From: Amphiscolops sp. MND2022
Lineage: Eukaryota
Length of the DNA stretch: 64,000 bases
Assembly: GCA_964187785.1 (NCBI GenBank)
Contig: OZ076409.1
Span: 1,736,001-1,800,000, forward strand
Reading direction: 5' to 3'
How positions within the stretch are numbered: the stretch's first letter is position 1; every line of letters starts with the position of its first letter. The position numbers and the translations under genes are program-made. Shown here one piece after another: positions 1 to 12,818 of the stretch. Under the pieces are notes generated by a model, which was not told where the DNA came from, made no database searches, and saw only the letters and a list, made by a program, of their open reading frames with translations.

Positions 1-14
1 GATGGAACGTAGGC

Positions 15-3000
15 ATGATACTCCGACACAATGCCAGGCATCCAGAGGACCCAACACCACTACCTCAATGGATAACAGAGTCACCAGATAACTACGCAAC
101 ACTCAAGCGACCCTTACCAGAATCAAAAACCGAACGTATCTACATCTGTGATAGAGACTACAGATGCGATCCCTGGGATGAACCAACCATTTATGATACT
201 AACAAACTCTCCTTCAAATTACAAGTCTCAAACCCCCAGGCTCAATCCACAGAAATTATGGACCTACCATCACCACCATCGCCAATTCTCAAAAGAACAA
301 CACCATCCCCAACAGTACCCGTCACCATCACGTCCACACCAATAGACGCTGAGAACATCATCTGCGTCGAGGACAAAACCATATGGGCGCATCAAGAAAA
401 ACGAAAACTAGAAAATGCTGATCCTTCAGTGACCCCTCCAAAAACCGCGCCCGTCACAACACTAATGAATGACGACGTAGAAATCACGGAATGTCCCTCA
501 AAATTGCCTGAAGATCTAGACACCATCAAGGAATTCATCCAACATGACAAAGACGACAACTACATCCCGTTAATGTCTTCCATCGCGCTCAAGAAGAAAA
601 AACAAATGCTTTTCCTACCAGTCGAATTCAACACGGTCAAAATCGACGCCTTAGTCGACTCAGGTGCGTACATTAACGCTATTAGCGAAAGGGACGCTGA
701 AAAACTCCGACAGCATGCCAGTCAGTGCATCGTCAATAAGGCACCCCCACCCCCTTTCAAAGTGCAGTATGCCAACGCCGAATTAGAACAACCACTTGCC
801 ACGTACACCCTACGTTTCAAAATAGGGGATTACACTTTTGAAGAAACATTCATCATCATGAATCAAACGTCATTCCCTATAATTGGATTAGCGTTCCTAC
901 TAAGCATGCCGCAATCCTTGACACGGCACAAGGAACCATTGACTTTCCTAAGATCCAAATCACGATGGCGCTCACAGACGAAAGACAAAAGTGCAATCCC
1001 AAACCCATCACGATAAAGACCGAAGCCAAGCATACAATCCCAGCGCACTCTACCCGAATCATCTACGCAACAATCCCTGTGAGTATCGAACACTCAATAA
1101 CGGGCACTATACAACCCCTACCACAATTCGATGAATGCGCGAAGGTAATAGTAGCTCCAGCGATTACAACAGCCAGAGACAAAAAGACACCAATAAAAAT
1201 CGCCAACACTACGGATTTCCCATACACAATAGCCACCAATACCAAAATGACAGAACTACAAATCCTGAAACCCGAAGAAACGAAAATGATCCGTCCAGTT
1301 GACATAGCCGCCCTGAATCTTCTCACCGAACATGAAGATGTGGTTACGTACATCAATGCACTAATGCAAGTAGAGCGGCCCGACGACAATGAAGAGAAAT
1401 TCTGGTTTCCAACCCCAGAACACCCCGGCAACGAACAGGAACATTCGCCCATACAAAAGCGAATCTTGAAAGAATTGCGAGACCTTGCCGAGCTAGAAAA
1501 ATTTGACCAAACCGAAAACGAAGAGTCTCGAAACAAATTTCTATCCATGTTCAAATGGACAGATTCACAGATTGCGAACAAAGACCGTGAAAACCTCGAG
1601 GATACCATTGTCGAATTCAACGACATCTTCGCTCGACACCGGCTAGACATAGGGATGAACACACAATTCAAAGTCAGCCTAACACCACAAGATGACAAAC
1701 CAGTCTACACACAGAGCCTACCCGTCCCAATCAACCTCAAAGAAGACCTGACCGTGGAACTGGCCCTCATGCATCGATACGGAATCATCACGACACTCCC
1801 CTTCTCCAAGTATGCCAGTCCCATATTTGCACAACGGAAACCCAACGGCAAACTGAGACTACTGGTGGATCTGCGCAAAATCAACGCACTTATAGCAGAT
1901 GACTACATCAACAACAACCACACTGTCAGCACCCTCTCAGATGCGGCACAACACCTAGCAGGGAAAAAACTGTTCTGCAAGCTTGACTGCTCCCAGGCGT
2001 ATCACTGCCTTCAAATGGCAGATCAAAGGTCAGTAGAGTTACTTGCTTTTAATTTTGCTAGTAGGACGTTTGCCGTCGACTGGCACAAGGACTAAGCAGA
2101 GCCCTATCAGCTTTTTCGAGCTTCATGCGAGAGTATCTGGACTCAGTTATCAAAGCCGACCAATGTGCACAATACGTAGATGACATTGGCATCGCCGCAA
2201 ACACAACGGAACAGCTCATACAGAACATCAGAGTAGTCTTCAAATGCATTAGAAAAGCAGGATTAAAACTAACCATCGAAAAATGCCATTTTGGAGTAAC
2301 CCAAATCGAATTCCTTGGCCGAACCATCACCCCCGACGGCGTAGCCCCGCAAGATCAAAAAGTCAAAAATTTCCTCTCCAAAGTCCGCTTCCCCAAATCC
2401 AAAAAAAAGTTCAAAAAATAATCGGCTTTGTTAACTATTACCGCAACTACATACCGCGCTTGTCAGAAAAACTCATTGGCATGTACGAACTTCTCAAAGC
2501 AGACTCCAAAATCAGAATTTCAGAAGAACTTGTCGATAACTTCAAAGAAATTAACGCCAGTTTAGCGGAAGCTTGTGGACTCGCACTCCGACAGCCCATA
2601 GCAGGAAAACAGTACGTTCTAATGACGGATGCAAGCTTTCGTGCATCAGGCTACGCCCTCATGATTGAGGAGAACGACGAACGCAAAATACTCTCCAAAC
2701 GAAAAACTTTCGCACCAGTAGCGTTTGGATCCCGGGTCTTTTCACCTGCACAACTGGAAATGTCCATCTACTACAAGGAGTTCTTAGCAATCTACCATGA
2801 CTTCCTCGAATACAGTCACATACTATGGGAAACAACAATCCCAACGCTGGTCTTAACTGACAACCGCTCATTAACTAGATTCTTCCAGACGAAAACGACA
2901 CCCCCTGCACTCTGGAATGCCTGCGACTACGTATTACAATTCAAGTTCCGAATTATGCACGTAGCTGGCTCCCAAAACACAGCAGCAGATTTCCTCTCAA

Positions 3001-5151
3001 GACTTGAACTTACACCGAAAGAAAAGGTACAACTTAAACTACGAGACGACATCCTAACGTCCCCAATTGAGGTTAATCTCCAATCATCAGATGTAGCCGA
3101 CGAAGAACAACTTTTCTTCCTACCAGACGAGGAAGATGAATCTGAACAAGAAATTTTTGCCCGAAAAGCACTCAGCAAGCGACGTGCTCTAGACGAACAT
3201 GAAAGAGAACTATCAACAAAAGTAACCGAAGTCATCAAGATACCACTCAACTCCGCAGTCTACTCTTTCGGTGCAATCAAGGAAAATGCACGGATAAGAA
3301 ACGAACAAGATGCAGACCCCCTCCTCAAAGCACTGAAACAACGGATCTCTTACGAAGAATATGACAAACACCTTCTCAAAACCGAACCACGAGGAAGAAA
3401 CCTATTACGACACGAAGAAAGGATCATAATGAAAGATGGAGTCCTGATGCGAAAGTACTACGGAGAAGACGGATCAGTCACCCATAACCAAATTATAATT
3501 CCAAAACACCTAGTTCCAGAACTCTTGTCCACCCTACATGGAAAAACAAATAAACACCCAGGAATCACCAAAATGATACAGGAATGCAGAGCGAAATATT
3601 ACTTCCCGGGTCTTGCACGCAAGATCAGAGCTTGGGTAACTAGTTGTCAGGATTGCATTGCCAATAAAAGAATTGACACGAGACAGATACGTCCCAAAAT
3701 GCTAAGCAACACTGAATTCACAATGGGACCAGAAGACTGCCTAGAAGTAGACATCCTACCAAACCTACCTTCCTCAAATGGATACCAACACATCATAACG
3801 ATGATGGATGTTTTTTCGCGTTACCTTTTCGCTCACCCGATTCAAGATATGACAGCAAAAACAGTCGCACGATGCATAATAGATGTCATGACACGACACT
3901 GCTATCTACCGACCGTCATTCTAACGGATAAAGGATCACAATTCAGATCAGAAGTAATCAACCAAATAACACAAACACTGGATATACAGATAAGCCACGC
4001 ATCGACGAAACATGCCCAAACGATTGGCATCCTAGAAAGAACTCATGCCTCTTTAAAAACCTCCCTAAAAATATCAACGGGAGAACGACGCTCTATGTGG
4101 CACAAATACGTCCAGATTGCAGTCATGAATCACAATACAAGCTACCATGAAAGCCTAGGCTGTGAACCTACAACAGTGTTTCACGGACGCATCCCGTACA
4201 ACATTTTGGACTTAAAACTTGGATTGAAACCTAACTGGGAAAAAGACAGCAACGAAGACCTAACGGACCAACTACAGAAACAAATAGCCGAAATACACCA
4301 AGCCGCCAAAGAGAACCTAATGCTGTCTTACCTCAAATACAAACAGTACTATGACAAGAAAGCAACGGCTACACCGCTCAAAGTCAACGACTACTGCTAC
4401 GTCCTTAATCCGAAGGCAGACAACCAGTCAATGAAATTCGCCTTTAAAGATTGCATTTGGACTGGACCCTACATAGTAGTCAAAGTACTCTCGAACAACA
4501 ACTACGTCGTACGTCGCACAGGAACTAGATATACTCAAACCCTCCATAGAATTCGCCTAAGGCTATATGCGCCCAATCAGCGAGTACCTGACGTAACAGT
4601 CAGAAGGAAAGATTACCTTCCAGACCCAGAGGTTAAAACAACCCACAATGATTGGTACGCGCAAGCTTGGGAAACCGAATTCGGAGAAGTTCTGTTCGGA
4701 AATACCACACGAAACGCCCCTGAAGAAACTAGTCACAGAAATCGTGGACACAACAGGAAATGACGAAAGCACAGCAGAAAATGGTGTGGTTGAAACAGCG
4801 ACAAACGAAATAACAACGGAAAATGATGTGGTTCAAACAACCACAAGCGAAACTATAACGGAAAGTGATGTGGCTCAAACAACCACAAATGGGCCTACTA
4901 CAGGGGATAAAACATTCTCCGACAACGTCACGTCATTCAATTTAGATGTCAGTGACAATCCGTATATACTAACCCCACCACCGATATAAAGCCCCCCCAA
5001 AACTCCTGAAATACCGCCTATTGTCGTTGGATACAATCCTAGAAAAGTCGGAAGATACAACCTGAGACCTAATCCTAGACCTAATGCGAATCCTGACTTT
5101 AGAATGCTTGACTCAGCTACTACGGAGGACTCACGGTCAACTCAAGACTAG
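15..5151 (+). pseudogene. pol: Gypsy pol polyprotein (aspartic protease, RT, RNase H, integrase), frameshifted
   Basis: Protease ALVDSGA; RT YASPIF..RKPNGKLRLLVDLR, KLDCSQAYH, YVDD; RNase H TDAS/TDN/ADFLSR; integrase H..HPG..C..C, TDKG, E and GPY motifs. Frameshifts near ~900, ~2075, ~2405, ~4725; stop at 4987-4989. Confidence 0.95.
4777..4903 (+). repeat. 3 x 42-bp coding tandem repeat in the post-integrase tail
   Basis: ENGVVETATNEITT / ENDVVQTTTSETIT / ESDVAQTTTNGPTT. Confidence 0.75.
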
Positions 5152-5310
5152 ATGAAAAATCAGCATACCAAACCGAACCGGAATGGCTACGTTAAAATTT
5201 GGAACATTCTAAATCTACAAAACCAATACTACGGATACTGAGCGTACCCTAAAACAACAGAAAAGGAAAATAATTCAGGACAAAGATATACAAAAATCCA
5301 TCAGTTCCAA

Positions 5311-8300
5311 TCAATTCTTCGAAGGTTTCTTAATTCTATGGACCACAGTAGGATCCTTCTTATCTTCCTTCGCCTGAGGCTTCTTCTTACTCTTCTTAGA
5401 AAACGAAGAACTGACGTCCAGTGCAGAAAGCAGATCCTCCTGAGATTTCCTTTTTGAAGGACAGCTAGAGCCCTCAGTGAGATTGCCACTCCGTCTCACA
5501 TTTCCACCTTTTGTCGACTTCTCACTCTCTGACCCAACAGACGAACTAGCAGCACTTTTTGACTCCCGATCTACGCGTGCCAAACGATTAGCCTTGTTAC
5601 AAGCATCGTAATGACTGTCGAAATATTTGCGCTTTTCAACCAAGAAAGCAGTATACAAAGAACCATGCCTTTTTACGAAAGAATCCAACTTTGAACCACA
5701 GAACTCTTTCCACAAGTCGAAATTAGCAGCCACGAAAAATGTCCCAGCATTCAACACAGCATCACGAACTGCTCTCATCGTATGGTCACTGAACAGCGAC
5801 TGATGTGAGTATCCCGCACTCAAAACGTGAGACTGCACAAGCAACAGACAGTAATGGAAACTCTCCCAACTTAATGCACTGCCACTGAGATCGAAGACAA
5901 CTGAAGGATACGTACTGCGTGGGACTCCAACAATAAGGCAACACACTTTAAACACGCGTAACAACCGATGACGTGCTTGAAAACTGAAATCCCGGAGCAA
6001 GAATTGGGAGACATCCGTGATAGTTGCGGACGTTCCGTCTGAATCAGAATGAAGCCTTCACTGCTCCACCACAAAACTTGTGTACTCCTCCTGTGCCGCT
6101 TTAGCCTCATCTGACAATAACGCTCCACAATCCACCAAGATTCCACAAAGACCGGCAAACAAAGTAAAAGCGATCGCATTATCGCCTTCTAACATCATGG
6201 CAGGACAGAAGCTGTATAGTCCCTTTGAAACCACCGGTGTCGCAGCTGAGGTTTTCAGTAACAGAACAACCACCCGATCAATGAATTCGCGACACCGCTG
6301 ACGAAACGTCACGAATTCGCTCGTCTTCCCTGCGGCCAGCACCTTCCCAAATTCGTAGTTCTTCAAGAACCCGTCAATAGGGGCAACAGGGAACCTACTC
6401 AGCTTCTGAACGTCCATGTACTCCTCCCACTCCATAATGCCAGGCAACTTGCTTGTGACCCGCGTCTTCAACAATAGGCAATAAATGAAGTTGCAAAGTT
6501 CACCATACCCGTGGAAAGCATAGTCTTTACGTGCCGGACTCATCTTCTCAAAGTTGATATGGACTAAAACAATACCAACACATTACTACGTACACAACGA
6601 TAAGAAAGAAAATCAAGTACAATCAACCAAACGAAAGACAGGCGATAAATCCAACAAACACAATCACGAACGAAACAGGTGCACATCAACAAACGCAGAA
6701 AATACTTACATGTATCGACCATAAACCGGAGTAAGCCGAAACGATAAGTAATCAAATTGTCGGCAACCAGCAAAGAGTCAGTCCCGTGCATCTAAAAATA
6801 AAAGGAAAACTTTCCCCTTATGACCCGGAAATAGCACGCATAGATAACACAAACCGACTTAAAGACAGAGACGACACAGCCAATAAAACAACAAGAAGGC
6901 ACTCACCCTATCTGAAGATCCCTTTGCTTCCAAGTTCCCAGTGCACCGGATGTAAGGTCTAATAGAAGGCCAAAGCTCTATCAAGTCTGTTAACAAGGGC
7001 CGAAGATCACAGAAGTCAACGAAGCCTTGACGTACACACTTGCGTAGAATGGGCCTGTCCTCCGTCCATGCTTCATACAATGCGCTCTTCATACGGTGAA
7101 CAGTATACTCCAACAGAGTGCTCACCTCCACCATTCCAAAGACGTCCTGGTGGGCCTGACGAACACACTGAAGGATTCCTTCAGGTCCAAACTGTTCATA
7201 CACAATAAAACGCCGATCATCAGTACGACTGTCCTCCAACACGCGCAACAAAGACGGACTTCCTCCACGAAGAGTCAAGGGCAACCTCTCTGATTCCAAG
7301 CTACACACAATGCGAGCTAATGGAACTAACTCGGGTCTAGGCATGGGCTGTTCTAGAGGTTCACACCCGATGCATACCTTTTTCAAATGCTCTTCATCCC
7401 AGAAAAGCACAAAACACCGTTTGAATGACGCATCCTGCTCGTATTGGATGCTGTATTCCCGAAATGACGTCGCACCACTTAGCACTTGGCGAAACACCCG
7501 CGGAGCAATCCCCTGACACAGAATTGACTAAAACAAAGCACCTACTATCAAGACACCTACTACAATACTAAAGACAAAAAAAAGAAAGAAGAGGAAAAAA
7601 AACGAGAAACGCCCACAAAACCTACCATAGTCTCTGAACGGCTCCACCCCAGAGTGAACAGCGGCTCTTGCTTGCCCAAGGAAGCCAGGAAATACCCCCA
7701 CAGACGTCGCAACAACGAAAAGTCACCGCCACTGCGCAGCAGATCACAAAAGCCGGACACGAACGTCATGAAGGGCACTTTTGAATCAACTCTCGCATGC
7801 TTCGGCAGCAAATCTTCTGGGAAGGGGAATTCAGGACCCAAATCAACAAACGGTCGGGCTCGATACTCAGCTTCCTGAGTCGCTGACAACTCCATCGGCT
7901 CCATCAACTTGTTGTAGACAGGAAGCTCCATATGAACACGATATGTCACGTCCGCCGCCCAGTGTCCCTTTGAACCAAAGTGACGCACAAACTCCGCAGC
8001 TCCGTGCGACCCAATCTTCACGTCGCGTTTGCAAATGCGACAATAGAAGAATTTTGCATCGCCACGCTTTGCACCAATAACGAAGTCACCGTAAACTGGA
8101 TTCAGCGACAGCATTCGTCTATGCAACAACTTACGACTGCCGTACTTCTTCTCTTCGTTGCGGGTCCGAGTCGAGTTTCCACAGTATCGGCAAGTGCACT
8201 GAAACCTACAACAACCAGAAAACAACCGATCTTCAATACCAACTAGTCAACTCACCATAACAGATGACCGGGAAAGACACAACAACTTACCACTCTCAAT

Positions 8301-9179
8301 ACTCCGCATCGTTCGCTCTCTCATCTCAGTCATCAACTGACGGCCAAATTCCGCAACCTCGGGCGACACTGGCAAAGGGTTTCCAGAGAATGCCAACGAA
8401 ACATCTTCACAACTGCTCCACCCTCCCTGGATAAGTTTGCGCAAGCTTGGAGTACTAGTCTGAGCACACTCACCAGCCGGGGGAGGAGTACCAAATTTCA
8501 CCTTCCTTTTCCGGAAAGGGAACGTACGTGAACCTAAAACAGAAGCACACGCAAAATAAATAATAGTGAACAGTGACAAGGTTACATGAACACTAGTTTT
8601 GTTACTACCGCTTGCTTCTTGCGTCTCCTCATCACTCGTATCACTCCGTTCACTTTCTTGGGCAGGGGGATCTGCCTCACCTCCTTGAGGCCCAACGGAC
8701 TGCCCAACTGATTGCTCAACTGACTGCTCAACTGACTGTTCAACTGACTGCTCAACTACGACTGGTGTGGACAAAGTAGCAGCAGGTTTGCACAAAATAG
8801 AAGCCACTGAAGGAAGCAATCCAGCAGAAGGCCCAGAAACAGGACAGACATCAGTCGGTTCCCCATCAGGAGGAATAGCGGTTTCCGCAGTAGAGCCGTG
8901 GACAACACCAATGGTATTCCCTGGTTGAGTTACTGAAAATCAAGATCTGGATTCAGACGCGTCGGATATTCGGGTAAGACTATAGAGGCTGATCACCAAA
9001 ATATAGTCCAATTACCCATGAAGGTCAGAAAGATTTTACCAACTTGAAGCAGAATGCGCAGCCTCAGCCTCCGAAACAAATACGTCAACGTCACTCCAAA
9101 CGTAGTTGGACTCGTGCCCACTGACGAATCCGGACTTAGGCGCCGGAGTAAGAGAAGGAAGGTCCGAGTCTTCGTCCAT
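5311..9179 (-). pseudogene. Multi-exon antisense accessory gene of the gypsy element, encoding a BED-type zinc-finger protein (slightly damaged copy)
   Basis: GT-AG introns 8534-8608, 8206-8290, 7513(or 7528)-7625, 6792-6906, 6564-6709; the last three join the listed ORFs in frame. Motif FFYCRICKRDVKIGSHGAAEFVRHFGSKGH. In-frame TGA at 6058-6060 and a probable frameshift near 8150; 5' start (ATG 9179) tentative. Confidence 0.8.
8697..8760 (-). repeat. 12-bp tandem repeat encoding (EQSV/GQSV)n
   Basis: ctcaactgactg repeated ~5 times. Confidence 0.8.
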
Positions 9180-9449
9180 TCTGAATTATCTCAAGACAAC
9201 AATCTGGAAAAAGAAAAGGAAAACTACGTCACCCATACGTAACCACCACTAGAAGGAAAAATTCTAACAACGTCAACCCTACGTAATTGAAAAATCACCT
9301 AATCTTCAACTTCAGTGAAAGCCTACTATGGCATTGAAAGGAACAAAACGTTTCCAAAGATACTACAGATGAATAAAAGATTCATCAAGAAGTTCTGAAG
9401 AAAAGATGTCATTTCGAAAATTACGGAATATGAACGTAGAATATTCAAG

Positions 9450-9764
9450 AAGAAATCAATGACGTCATAACGTCATTGACCGAGAAAGAAACGAAACGTA
9501 AAAATAGAAGCTTTTAATATGAGTTTCAACCAATCACCGCGCAGCAAGTAAACTTTCCATTCCCCGACTTGAGACGCACCGAAACGAAAGCGGAAAAACC
9601 GACCAATAAAATTTCGATGAAAATTACGAAAGGAAAGAACTCGAAACGTTCATTTGTCGTCCAAACCTGCAGCTTGACCAGCATAAAATTCAGAATATTC
9701 TCACCGCGCAATTTTTCATCAAGCAAGAAATAATCTCAAAAATTCCCCCGTCACAGTTACGAAA
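9450..9764. promoter_or_regulatory. Putative bidirectional promoter between the divergent accessory genes
   Basis: Lies between the minus-strand gene start and the plus-strand ATG 9765; TGACGTCA at ~9460, CCAAT at ~9530 and ~9603. Confidence 0.4.
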
Positions 9765-10636
9765 ATGAACGGCTACTCCTTAGTCATTGACATTTCATCA
9801 GACGAAGGAATGACCAGCACGCCAATCAAGACAGTGCCCGCTAATATGGTCGGAAAACTAAATATAAGCGACTCATCACTAGAAGCATGGCGGTCCTCTG
9901 ACGCCGAACTGGACTCAACTTTTGAAACAGACCGAGACGTAAAGAAAACGGAACCCACACCCAAAAAGAAAAAGCTCACTAAAGTTTCATTTAATCTGCC
10001 GCCCGCAAGAGGCTCAGTTTCGGACTCCGACAGTTACTATGAGGAGCCAGAATCACCATGCCAGTCCTCTTCGTTGAAACCTGCAATGCCGTTAAAAGAA
10101 AAATTCAACATTCCTCAGTTAGGAAATGAAAGAGCACCGGAAACGATCAAAACGGGGAATAAACACGAGCTATCAGTAATGGAGCTGGAAGCTGCATATG
10201 ACCTAGACATAGAAGACCGCAACTACTTTGCGGCTGTGGACCGTGGTAGGCACGCACCGAAGATAGCTCCTCTGCTAAAAAAAACCGTTACCCTAACAGT
10301 CCCCTGAATGATCTAAATGAGAAAAGCAAGCCGCCCGAAATTTCTCCTGAAGAAATGCAATATCTGGAAAAAATGGTACTCGATCTAGAAGAAGAGGAGA
10401 AGAAAATCGAATACATGAAAGCGGGAAGAGGACGTGGCCCCCACCAAGTGCGAAAATACATCAGCCGCCCTTCAATTGTAGTGAAAAAAGAAATCCCGCA
10501 TTGCCACGGTCTACCGTTGTCTCTTGCTTCAAGAGGGGCCCTGTCACGACCCGCTCCCGGTCGTAATTTTACTTGCTGCTCAGGGATACCAGGATTCGGC
10601 AGAGGTCGCGGACAAGGGCAAAGTAAATACTTTTGA
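9765..10636 (+). pseudogene. Sense accessory ORF (Ser/acidic N-terminus, basic stretch, RGRG-rich C-terminus) split by one frameshift
   Basis: ORFs 9765-10307 and 10355-10636 overlap in open frames around the A-run at ~10277-10285; PKKKKL and GRGRG motifs. Confidence 0.55.
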
Positions 10637-10974
10637 ACCTTATTAAACTAATCAAAATTCTACTTACAGTACAGCTAAATAAGCGCGAATAATTTCCCAA
10701 ATACGGAATTCAACGTAAACATTACGGAAGAATTTCAGAAATGACTTTAAACTAGCTAAAACTTCCGGTCTAATGTTTTCACACGCAACACCGCTTTATT
10801 TCCGGTTTTATCTTCTGAGTTTTCCATTCCAATCTAAATACTAAATAATTTTACAAACGGGATCATTTTGGCGCTCCACACTAAAATGAAAACGCAGAAA
10901 CGACATTTAACTCCGAGATCCCAACGGAGTCCATAAGATCTAAAATGAAAGGACATACAAAAACAGATTGGAAA

Positions 10975-12789
10975 TGTATTCGAATACTAGAATAGTTGTT
11001 AAATATCCACTTAAAACCTTAGCTTAGTGATTTTAAGTAAATATTCACAACGCGATGACAGCGTCACTCAACTAGGCTAGCAACGGGTGTTTCTGTTTTT
11101 ACGGACCAATAGCGTCACTTGCCGGCGGAATTATCTAAACTCGCACCAGTAGAATTACGCTTAGTTGCCCCTAGCAACGCTTACTAGCTAAGAAAAGAGA
11201 ATAAAATCGCCTACGCTCTCCGTTTTCACTCCGCTTGCTACCGCTGCTCAGCTATAAGCAATCTTAATACATACGGAGCACTTACGGAGCAGATTGTAAA
11301 ATTGTATTCCGCTGCTTGGCTATAAGTAATCTTTATACATACGGAGCATCTACGAAACAATTCATGAAGTGGTAGTAATGAAACAGTAGCTAAAACGGAA
11401 ACCAAATAAGGGTTTTTCGAATCGACGCATTCTAACAGTTCCAGAAACAACTTTACCCAAAAAAGCTGTACTGTAAGAAAGAATTGAAAGTTCACAGTGT
11501 ATTTTAATCCTGCATCGTAAAGGTGATACGTTAGCGCCACGTTGCACGAGACACCCTTTTAAAAGATTAACACCGAATATTATATCATTACGTTGTGTCG
11601 ACGTAGTTAAAAGGACAACGTGGGGATAACGTTTGGTGCTAGTTGTGCTAAATAATCCTTCCAATTAATGCAGGTAGAGTTGGAAATGCCATGAAGCTCC
11701 CTTTGTACTGTGAACAACTCTCATTTCGATGTTTTTGTACTAATGTTGAAATAACAACATCAGAAGTTTATACCTCGTGATTTTCGTTACAATTATCATT
11801 GTGTTTGCATTTTGTGCAGTTTTGTATTAAACAAGTGTTTTTGTCATGTATAATAATGGTTCTAAAGTGTTCTAGTGAAATCCTTTCAGCATCATTTATC
11901 CTCCCTAATAACTAGACATTTTCATTCACTAAAATTCATAATTCCGTTTCATTTCCGTCGTCATTTTTGAGTGTCATTCTTTTGCATCGAATCTAAATTT
12001 CCTAACTTCGAAGCTGATGGAAATGTCAGCTACACTTCTATTTTGCCGCAATTTTGAAGATCAAACAGGAAATGGATTGCCTGAACAAAAATGATTTCAA
12101 CAAAGTTTTACGGAACACCGACGCAACTAGGAATTTTGATACCTGATTTTATGACGCGGGACTGAAATAATATGAATCATTAGCGCTTTTTGTTGAACAA
12201 ACTTGATTTTTACGATACCTAGGAATTTTTAGGTGAGGAACAAATGATGCTGGGAAGGTATAAATATGTAGAACATACATGTAAGTTAGTTAGTCTTTTA
12301 ATCTGCTTAGTAACAACTTGTTCTGTTCCGTTTCCAAAACGCGTTAGAAAAACCCAAATCTTTAAGAAGAGTTTAAATTTTCCAAAGAATAAATCCTCTC
12401 TCTCTCTAAAATGACTACTAGAAGTCAGAAAAGGAAAGCCGTAGCCGAGCTAGTGTCAGGAGACTTTGAAGCTTCTTTAGCTGAGAACAATCCTACTGAA
12501 AATCTAACAGCTAGTTCCAGTAAAAACCCCAGATTTGAGCTTGAAAACCTGGAGGAGATGAAAACCACTCTAAGGAAAGAGACCATGTCTGATTTAACGA
12601 AAATACTCGCTGAAAATCAAAAAGAAATGCTTAAGCTGATAGCACCCTCAAACAAGAAGCAAACTATTCACATGAATACTCAAGACTCAGACTCCGAACC
12701 AGAGAATGTTTCCGTAGCAAGGACGTCTACTCCAATTAAAATCCACACTGCGACTAACTCTAAAACGACACCAGTGAATAGTCGTAACA
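10975..12789 (+). repeat. Putative 3' LTR (~1.8 kb)
   Basis: Starts TGTA after a purine-rich stretch and ends CGTAACA; TATAAATA at ~12259; contains a gag-like ORF that degrades right after 12789. Partner LTR is not in the window. Confidence 0.5.
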
Positions 12790-12818
12790 CTGGTAGCTCC
12801 CAAAAAAGCACTTTTTAA
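12411..12818 (+). CDS. Truncated gag-like N-terminus lying in the putative LTR
   Basis: MTTRSQKRKA start with a coiled-coil-like segment (LEEMKTTLRKETMSDLTKILAENQKEMLKLI); ORF ends ~9 codons beyond the TAACA boundary. Confidence 0.5.
   Translation: MTTRSQKRKAVAELVSGDFEASLAENNPTENLTASSSKNPRFELENLEEMKTTLRKETMSDLTKILAENQKEMLKLIAPSNKKQTIHMNTQDSDSEPENVSVARTSTPIKIHTATNSKTTPVNSRNTGSSQKSTF

Larger units (their letters stand above)
1..12789 (+). mobile_element. Large Ty3/gypsy LTR retrotransposon (5' end outside window) with extra internal genes
   Basis: Pol domain order PR-RT-RH-IN at 15-5151, then ~5.8 kb of accessory ORFs and a putative TGT...ACA LTR at 10975-12789. Confidence 0.85.

Noticed and set aside
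895..2410. Programmed ribosomal frameshifts in pol
   Set aside because: The shifts fall within protease, RT and connection domains and are multiple; decay or sequencing indels are more likely
9765..10636. env gene
   Set aside because: No signal peptide or transmembrane segment visible; hydrophilic low-complexity sequence
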